This document shows, piece after piece, positions 57,301 to 64,000 of a DNA stretch of 64,000 nucleotides. Location of the stretch: the NCBI RefSeq assembly GCF_016432865.1, contig NC_067400.1, positions 617,086,001-617,150,000 of the forward strand. The letters run 5' to 3'. The notes beneath the pieces were generated by a model. It was not told where the DNA came from and searched no databases. It saw only the letters and a list, made by a program, of their open reading frames with translations. The DNA comes from Antechinus flavipes (lineage: Eukaryota). The position numbers were made by a program, and so were the translations under genes. How positions within the stretch are numbered: position 1 is the first letter of the stretch; the number at the start of each line of letters is the position of its first letter.

Positions 57301-58671
57301 CTCAGGATTTCCTAAGCATCTTTTACTAGCCAGCCGTCTGCTGCTCTCCGGTCAGAATGCGAGCAGGGGTGGGGGAGGGCTTTCTCGGGATCCCGGGCAC
57401 TTAGCACAGCACCTGGCGGACTGAACCCCCTCTCCATCCGGGGCCTCCATCCGGCCGGCTCAGGTGACACACCTTCAGCCAAACCACCTCAGGCTGCTAC
57501 AGTTGCAAGGGATCCCTCCTGCCTGCCTCTTGCAGCCGGGTCAGCCATAGCCCCCAGCTTTGTCCAGAACTGTATTTATTCTCCGCCCTCCCCTGGAACA
57601 CCCAGCCAGATCCCAGCCCCAAGATCCAAGAGCTGTCCCAAGATGCAGGGCTTCCCCCCACCCCCACCCAACTTCAAGACAAAACTTTGCTGTTCCCTTC
57701 CTGGGGCCATCCCAAGCCCCTTCCCTCCCCTCCCCGCCTTTGCCTCTGGGGGTGGAGAAGGGAGTCACCTGTGGCCTGACCCAAGGCCAGTCACAGAAGC
57801 TTACCTGCAGAGGGAGGACCCATCTGCACTAATGACCCCGGCCCCGCCCCCAAAATTCTTTCCCTTAAGACCCCCTCCCCCTCCAGGCCCTCTCCTTCCC
57901 CAGCCTCCCTGTGTTCCAGAAAGCGGTACCTGGGGGGCTTCCCCGCTCCTCCCCCCCAACAGAGCTCCAGGCTCAAAGCCCCAATTTCTCTCCCAGCTGT
58001 TCCTCAAGGATCCCCTCCCTCCCCACAAGATCCAACTTGGCCAGCTTTCAGCCCCTCGGGGCTTTGTGAAATGTCTTCGCTGACGCCCACTGGGACACAG
58101 TAGCCGGGATCAAAACCTCAAGTCCCACCTCCTCCCCGCCCCCAGGGGCCTTCCAGGACCAAACTTCTCTTCCTCAAAACACTCCCCCAGACCACTTTTA
58201 CCAGATGCTCCACCAGGGTCTCCTCTAAGGTGTTCTCTCCACTACAGAAAAGCCCCCCACCCGCCACCAGCAGGGATCCCCAAACTCCTCTCTCCGGCCT
58301 GACCACCGTGTCCTCTTCGGGCTGCCCCACTATCCGTTCCCTCCTCCAGGCTGACCTCGGTCCCCTCCTTCTCCGAGCTGACTGACTACTGTGCGAACCC
58401 TCTCCCAGCCGATCGCGACCCCCTCTCCCTGCCCCTCCGGGGTGGACCCCCGACCCCAAGTACCGTGTCTCCAGGGGTCCTTGGGCTCCACGGCTCCGGA
58501 CACGATGTCCTCGTCCGAAGGGAAGGTGACGCGTTTGGCGGCGGCCTTGAGCCCGGCGGCGGCGTCTCCAGCACCGGCCGGGGCCTGCTCCGGAGGCGGG
58601 GACGGCGCCTCCTCCTGGGCCGGGCCCAGCGCGGCGCCGGCGGCCTCAGCACCCGGGGGCACGCCCGCCAT
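26598..58671 (-). CDS. PPP1R37: Protein phosphatase 1 regulatory subunit 37 (LRRC68), about 705 aa
   Basis: join on minus: 58671-58464, 32868-32771, 32446-32401, 31561-31461, 31260-31141, 30677-30527, 30048-29893, 29505-29393, 28898-28757, 28472-28306, 28187-27455, 26680-26598 (2118 nt = 706 codons). Has the RVTF PP1-docking motif ([12 protein letters not shown]), LRRs, and ends [27 protein letters not shown]. Intron 1 is 25.6 kb. Confidence 0.96.
31734..31868 (+). mobile_element. WSINE1-like SINE with polyA tail
   Basis: GGGGCAGCTAGG head, GAGTTCAAATC B box, A tail, imperfect about 16-bp TSD AAAAAGTTGGC(GA/AG)GGA. Confidence 0.85.
36460..36800 (+). mobile_element. L1 ORF2 reverse-transcriptase fragment
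   Basis: [17 protein letters not shown]...[34 protein letters not shown]. Confidence 0.85.
36900..37495 (+). mobile_element. Degenerate RTE LINE fragment (endonuclease region)
   Basis: Patchy nucleotide resemblance to marsupial RTE elements (recalled); boundaries approximate. Confidence 0.4.
37513..37695 (-). mobile_element. MAR1/MIR-type SINE
   Basis: TTTTACAGATGAGAAAACTGAGGC core and GATTTGAACTC B-box complement. Confidence 0.75.
37960..38540 (+). mobile_element. L2 fragment
   Basis: CATCTTAAACCTAGCATGTCTAAAACCAAATTCATCATCTTTC signature; ends at TTAATAAATG. Confidence 0.7.
38585..39761 (+). mobile_element. Two L1 3' ends, one nested in the other
   Basis: Inner copy about 38743-39436 with polyA, flanked by a 15-bp TSD GATAAATGATG(A/G)ACA (38728-38742 / 39437-39451). 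The outer copy resumes at 39437. Confidence 0.88.
39762..39836. repeat. (AAG)25 microsatellite at the L1 tail
   Basis: 25 perfect AAG units. Confidence 0.97.
40380..41030 (+). mobile_element. Degenerate RTE LINE fragment (linker/RT start)
   Basis: Ends in a [23 protein letters not shown]-like segment typical of RTE reverse transcriptase. Confidence 0.65.
41035..42045 (+). mobile_element. L1 ORF2 3' fragment interrupted by a SINE
   Basis: [44 protein letters not shown] motif. Confidence 0.85.
41668..41833 (-). mobile_element. WSINE1-like SINE
   Basis: polyT at 41673-41691, B-box complement, 17-bp TSD GAATATTATTGTTTTAT (41651-41667 / 41834-41850). Confidence 0.88.
42700..42960 (+). mobile_element. 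L2 fragment
   Basis: CTCTACATGCTGATGAT..CATTTCAAAATCAACATGTCAAAAAC signature. Confidence 0.6.
42965..45000 (-). mobile_element. Old fragmented L1 (antisense), with a MIR at about 43310-43510
   Basis: T-rich L1 complement, including TTTATTCCTGATCTTAG RT-region motif; ORF track fragment QDKLQM resembles L1 ORF2. Confidence 0.7.
45971..47711 (+). CDS. Candidate uncharacterised 141-aa protein gene nested antisense in PPP1R37 intron 1
   Basis: join 45971-45986, 46302-46351, 46525-46553, 46821-46967, 47265-47304, 47485-47518, 47602-47711 (426 nt): ATG to TGA, all GT-AG, phases 1/0/2/2/0/1 consistent, five GTGAG(C/T) donors; AATAAA at 49195-49200. No homologue recognised. Confidence 0.4.
50725..50950 (+). 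mobile_element. Young 5'-truncated L1 3' end
   Basis: Near-identical to 39190-39430; polyA; perfect 13-bp TSD AAAACCAGGGCTC (50712-50724 / 50951-50963) at a TT/AAAA site. Confidence 0.92.
53923..54161 (+). mobile_element. MAR1-type SINE (CORE + RTE tail)
   Basis: GGGGCAGC head, GAGTTCAAAT, then CTGGAGAAGGAAATGGCCAACCACTCCAGTATC..GCCAAGAAAACCCC RTE-derived tail. Confidence 0.85.
54266..54316. repeat. (TG)25 microsatellite
   Basis: Direct reading. Confidence 0.97.
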
Positions 58672-59350
58672 GGCCAGCACGGGCTCGGCTCGAGCTCAGC
58701 GGGGCCCCGGGCCCAGCCCCCGCCGGCCCATGGCCCCGGCCCCGGCGCCTCACGCGTCCCGAGCACTCGACTCGGTCCCCGGCCCCTCCGAGTCCAACGG
58801 CGACCCCGACGCGGAGCCCGAGCGCGAGCGGCCACCACGACGTCGTCTCCGTCGCCTCCGCCGCCTCCCGCCGCCGCCGCCTCCGTCGCCGCCTCCTCCT
58901 CCTCGTTTGACGTTGACGTCGACGTCGTCGCCCGGGAGTCCGAGCGCGCGTCCCCGCCCCGGCGCGCGCCGCTCGCACGTTGTCGCCAGACCTGCGGAGG
59001 CCATCCGAAAACGCACTTTCGTCACCGACGCTCCGCTAAACGGAAAGCAGCGGACGCTAGAGAGAAACGCAAGGCGGTGGAGGAAACAGAAAGAATGGAT
59101 AAAAAGGAAAAAGTATGCAGCATGAAGTCTGGAGAGGGGCAGAAGAGGTGACTGTGGCGAATGTGTCGAGTAGAACAAGAAATTGAAGAGTGCCAGCTCC
59201 GGCGCCACGAAGACACGCCCCCGGCACAGCAGAGACACACCCCCGTCTCATTCTAGCCCCACCCACGCACTTGGCTTGTTCTCTCGCCCTTTCGTGAGCG
59301 CCGCATCAGCTGGCGCACTTTCGCGATAAACATCCCCCCCCCCCCGAAAA
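58400..59350 (-). promoter_or_regulatory. PPP1R37 CpG island / promoter / 5' UTR
   Basis: Very CpG-dense; GGC/GAG triplet runs at 58820-58905 upstream of the ATG at 58671. Confidence 0.75.
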
Positions 59351-60775
59351 AAAATCGGAGTGATTAGAACTCAAGGAATATAAAGGCAAAATATAAACAG
59401 GGAGAAAAGTAGGCTCTGCAGCGAATGTGCACATGCAGACAAGCAGACGGCCGAGGAAAGGAGGGCTTGCCGAAACAACGTAGCCAATCCAACCCACGCT
59501 CCTGTCGCTGACGCGGTATGAGAGCCATTTGTCGTTGCCTATCTTGGGTGCTGCTTTAAGATTAAAGCAAAAGGGACCTTCAAAACAAAGTCTTAAAGAC
59601 GCAGAAGGCTGCGAATGCCTCATTTTTCGCGAATCGAATGAAATGAAATGTAGGAAATGGAAAAAATTAAACTACGAATGGGCGAAACCCAATAGGCAGA
59701 CAGATGGCCGCTGCCAGGCTCCTCCCACGCCTCCAGTCCCTTTTCTCCGCATTCGCACTTTCGTCCCCGTCAACCGAAGGAACAAGTTAGCCCTTGCTTT
59801 AAAAAAAAAAAAAATTCAGGGAGAAGAAAGAAGCTTGGGAGTGTTTAAATGCAGGAGGAGTGAAAGGGTCTTGGAGACGGAAAAAGGAAAATTCGAGTCG
59901 AATGTGCGAAATTGGGAGAGCTGAGCGGCCGGAGTGGGGGGGAAGGAGTCCTACGGGGGTTGATCTAAGGAGCGACCCTCTTCCCCGGCCCTGAACAAGC
60001 TTCGCTTTCGGGGCCGGCCTTTCGTTGCGATCGTGGAGCAGGCGGCCAACTTCGATGGAAAACGGGAGAGGCTAGAGACCTTCATGCTGGACGGGAACGA
60101 TAATGGAACAGTGGAGAAAAAGGGAGCCGTGAAATTGGTTAAAAGCCGGGAAGCGAACGGGTCGGTCGCGGAGGAGCTTCCGCGCTCCACGGCTGACACC
60201 GCTTTCGCTGCAGCACTTTCGCCGGGGACGCCCAACCCAGTTCAAGACAAAAGACTTGGAAAGTATCTTTAGTCCCGAGGGCAGCCGTTCTTAGCTCCTG
60301 GAACCGAGGCAGCCGCGGGCATTTGGGAAAAGGAAGAAGGGAAGCTGGGGGGAACGTGCGATTGCCGACAGGCATTCCCAGATCTGCTTCCGGAAAGCCA
60401 TAGCTCGCTCTCCTCCTCCCTCTCCCCGCTCCCCTCCGCCTCCTCTAGGGAGTGCTCTAGAACCAGCCCCTGCCACACAAGAACCCGAACTGCTTCCTCT
60501 CCAGGGGGATAGCCTCCCTAGACTCCGAGGGCTGTCATTCTCCTCCCACTCCTCCCTCGGAGCTCTTCCAACCCCTTCCTCCGGGAAGCCCGCCCCGATT
60601 TCTTCCCTTGTAGCACTTGGCACAGTGCTTGGCACATAGTAGGCGCTTAATAAATTTTTATTGAATGAATGCGGCTGCTGCCTTCCCATTCTGGGGAGAG
60701 AGTAGAGTCCCGGGAAACAGAGATCCGTGGTGACCTGCAAGAATTAGGCAATGTCCACTAGTGGCTAGGGAAAGT

Positions 60776-60781
60776 TTTATT
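60776..60781 (-). terminator. GEMIN7 polyA signal AATAAA
   Basis: TTTATT on plus, about 430 nt after the stop codon. Confidence 0.65.
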
Positions 60782-60960
60782 GACGCGCCCCTCCCCAAAT
60801 GACCCTCAGCGGGGCCCAGGACTCCGGGGAGTTGTGGCCGAAAAAGGAGATGGCTCCCAGCTCATTCTGCGTAAGGCTCAGTCGGGTCGAGGTCTCCTTC
60901 TCGCACCAGCTGGGGAGACAAAGAGCCCTGGCCCTTCTCAGCCTCGGGGCTGCTGCCCTC

Positions 60961-61150
60961 CCCGCACCTGGGCCCAGCCCCCTCCCTCCCGCACCTGGGC
61001 CCGGCCCCCTTCCCCCCGCCCCTCCCTCACCTAGGCCCAGCCCCCTCCCTCCCGCACCTGGGCCCGGCCCCCTTCCCCCCGCCCCTCCCTCACCTAGGCC
61101 CAGCCCCCTCCCTCCCCGCACCTGGTCCCGGGCCCCTCCCGCACCTCAGC
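60961..61150. repeat. 63-bp-period C-rich (G-rich in mRNA) tandem repeat in the GEMIN7 3' UTR
   Basis: CCCAGCCCCCTCCCTCCC unit starts at 60973, 61036 and 61099. Confidence 0.88.
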
Positions 61151-61208
61151 CTGGGCGCCTCTCTCCTTGGTCTGTGCACCCTCCAAAGGGGCCTGCCGAA
61201 GGAGGGGC

Positions 61209-62059
61209 TCACAGCTGGAAGGAGTAGGAGATGATGTCGGCGCAGCGCAGCAGAGCCTCGCCCTGCACCCCGAGGGGCGTCTGCAGCTGGGACACGTGGA
61301 AGTTGGCCACATCGAGGTCGGTGGCCCCGAAGTGGGCGTCCACGTGGACGCGCTCGTGCAGGGTGAAGTGCACGGGGCGCCCCACCATGGCCAGCACGCT
61401 GCGCAGGTAGCGTTCGCGCAGCGCTGCCCGGGCCTCCTGCTCGGCCACTTCCGCCGCGGACCCGGTCCTGTCGCGGCCCCGGGCAGCGCTGAAACCGCGG
61501 CTGGTGCCGTCCGGGCCCCGGGGGAGGCGGATCACTGGAACCGGAGTTGGGATCAGCGGGGCCTGGTCTGGGAGGAAGAGACAGAGGCGTCAGGAGGACA
61601 ATCCCACCTTCAAGCGGAGGTTGGGTCAGTCCGGGCCGGGAAAAGGAGCTGGAAGGAGTCTGGCCACAGAGCAGGGCTTCTGACTGCCCGCGATCTTGGG
61701 CGAGTCCCCTCCCTCCCTTCCTCTCTGGGCACGAGGGGGCTGGACCAGGTCCCCCAAAAGGTCCCTGGCCTGCTGCCCCCGTACCCAGAAGGCACTTGGT
61801 AAAAGCCCGTTTCTCCCCCCTCGCCACCCCCCAAAAACACAGGGGGCACAAACTCCGGCTAGCAGCCTCGAGGAAATTCTTCCCAAATCCCAGGCTGGGG
61901 AGACGGGCAGAACACCGGGGGTCCCCCGGAATTACACCGACATGCACACAAAATACACTCCCAAGTGCCACAAGTCTGGGCCCCGTGACCCTGCTAAAGG
62001 CAGGAGGACACAAAAATACCTGTAACCCCCTTCCCACTGTGGCAAAAACCAAGTGACAT
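61209..62059 (-). CDS. GEMIN7: Gem-associated protein 7 (SMN complex), about 132 aa
   Basis: Main exon 61567-61209 (acceptor cttcctcccag) encodes QAPLIPTPVPVIRLPRGPDG..EARAALRERYLRSVLAMVG..HFGATDLDVANFHVSQLQTPLGVQGEALLRCADIISYSF. The start is inferred from an upstream exon (ATG 62059, donor 62020/62019). Identity is certain; the start is not. Confidence 0.9.
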
Positions 62060-63248
62060 CAGGAAAGTCGTGCCAGAACCGGCAGCTAGGGGGGGCAGTG
62101 GGCCTGCAGTCAGCAAGAGCGGCTCAGATCCAGCCTGGGCCATTTACTAGCAGTAGGCTCCTGGGGAGGTAACTTCACCTCGGTTTTCCCCAGCTTTAAA
62201 CCATAAAATGGGGATTTTACAGGGCTGTTGTGAAGAGGTTTTGCATACAGCAGGTGGTTAATAAATGCTTGTTTCCCTTCCCCAATGGGAAAGGAAGGAA
62301 CTGACGGATTTGAGAGGCCCCAGTATGAACTAAAAGCGGGCCCAGAACTTTTTGACAGCATTAAGGAGGAAACGCCATCCTGGCTTTCTCCCAGGTGCTT
62401 CTGCTGGGTTTGGCCCTGGGGGCTCCAAGCCTCGGGGAATTCAGAGAAGGAGGATTCCTAGAACTTGCAAGAAAAGGCCAGCCAAAAGAGGAAGCGGCCA
62501 TCACTCCCGCAATCTTGGCTTCCAGGGGAGCAGGTCCTGCCAGAACCGACTTACTTCCCTTTGTGGGGGGGACTGAGCCGTCAGCGAAGGCCCTCTGCTA
62601 CTCCCCAGGGCAGGGTCTATGTTGGGTGGGAGCGTGTCTCTTAACCTGACCCCACTTAGTGAGAGCATCTTCCCTCGGGTAATTATCTCCAAGTTATCCT
62701 GCCTACAATTTGTTTACTCTGATCTACTAGTTTGCATGTGTTCTCCTCCACTTCTAGAGGGCAGAGCCTGGCATATATACAGTAGGCGCTTAATAAATGT
62801 TTGGTGACTGGTGATTTAATCTCTTAGGACCCTGAGAAACTCTCTCTGATGGAGGGAGGGCTGCCATCCCACAGAACCGAAGAAATGACTGCTCTAGTAC
62901 CGCTCCCTATCAGCCCGACACTAGGGGGACGTCCCCGTGGCTTTCTGCTTGGTCCAAATCTTCACCGCCGATTTGGAGAAATGACAAGATGGTTTACACT
63001 AAATCCAGGTAACATGCTAAGCCAGGAGAGAATCAGCTCCAGTCAGAACCGGCAGGGGGGCAGCTTGTTTGGATCAGACCCAGGAGGTCTGGGCTTGCCA
63101 GGGGCCAACGAAGTTTCAGGAGATAAGGAGGGAGAAGTAAAGGGAGGGAGGGAAGGAAAAGGGAAACTGGGAGACAGGAAGGTGGAGGAGGGGAAGGGGA
63201 GAAAAAAAGACCTGGTGTTTCCAGGGGGCCCCTGAGGTGAGTCAGTGG

Positions 63249-63260
63249 TGTCACGTGACA
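63249..63260. promoter_or_regulatory. Perfect palindromic CLEAR/E-box TGTCACGTGACA
   Basis: Direct reading; function not shown. Confidence 0.4.
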
Positions 63261-64000
63261 GTCCAGATGTCCCGAACCTTGGCCGGGCCACAAGGGAAGC
63301 CTAGGCTAGGTTCTGGGCACCGTGTCTGAATGGTATCGTTCCCCTTAAGAGTCCAAGGGAGAAAAGTGAAAGAAGTGAAAAGAAGGCTGGAAGGACACAA
63401 AGCAGCGGTAGAAGCGGTGGGTCCCACGTTGAGCCTCCCAGCACTGAGGGCTGTCCCGGGGAGGCTTCTGGGGGATCCTCCCTGCTGGAGCAGAGCCGGC
63501 AGCGCATCTGTCGGGGACCCGCTGGTGAGGAGGCCTTTTCCCAAGGGAGTCAGTGCCAGACGGGGTCAGGGATGCGCCGTTTCCGTCCAGATCCCACTCT
63601 GGGCCCTGGCCAAAAAGTGAGCCCCATTCCCCGACATCGGAGGCCCAGGCCTAAAGGGGGCAGGTCTCCTTCTCTCTGCAGCCCCATGGGATAGCAGCAG
63701 CAGGAGGAGACCCCCAGCCACACAGGCCCACGCTCACAGTGTCTGCCCAAAAACTGCAAACGAGGCTCTGCCCGAACAGGAGAGAACGGCCCACTGGGAC
63801 GTGAGAACGGGACCACTCCCAAAGACACGGGGGAGACAGCAAAGGCCAGTGAGCGTGCCCAATGCCATCTCATCCCATCTTCCCTCAGTGGCAGCCGGGG
63901 GCTTGTTCACGCCCAATTGTGGTCTCCTCCAACAGATCCGAAACTCTGAGAGACATGGGGCCGGTTTTGCCTTTTTGCCCTTCATACAATGCCTGCATAT

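Noticed and set aside
59964-60272. ORF with FDGKRERLETFM resembling a Ty3/gypsy gag (RTL/LDOC1) motif
   Set aside because: The similarity stops after about ten residues, there is no upstream ATG, and it lies in CpG promoter DNA.
1-64000. CRISPR arrays, tRNA/rRNA genes, prokaryotic operon-type systems
   Set aside because: The DNA is spliced mammalian sequence. The tRNA-like boxes belong to SINE heads, and the tandem repeats lack unique spacers.

Overview
Eukaryotic, GC-rich vertebrate genomic DNA. The repeats (WSINE1-like and MAR1/MIR SINEs, marsupial-type L1 3' ends, RTE LINE) point to an Australian marsupial, probably a dasyurid (inference). Gene order and orientation match the reverse complement of human 19q13.32: BLOC1S3(-), TRAPPC6A(+), NKPD1(+), PPP1R37(-), GEMIN7(-). 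I reconstructed exon chains by hand with GT-AG boundaries and consistent phases; BLOC1S3, TRAPPC6A, NKPD1 and PPP1R37 are complete, while the GEMIN7 start exon is inferred. Three things stand out. (1) An intact-looking HSD17B3/HSD17B12-family SDR gene (exons 1-8 in the window) lies about 370 bp past the BLOC1S3 polyA signal. I know of no such gene at the human locus, and from memory it most resembles teleost hsd20b2. (2) A candidate 7-exon, 141-aa plus-strand gene is nested antisense in PPP1R37 intron 1. (3) A gag-only betaretrovirus-like provirus sits in TRAPPC6A intron 1; the end of its 5' LTR has been flipped by a 39-bp micro-inversion between 7-bp inverted repeats. No rRNA, tRNA or CRISPR features were recognised. 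Family assignments come from recalled sequences, not database searches.
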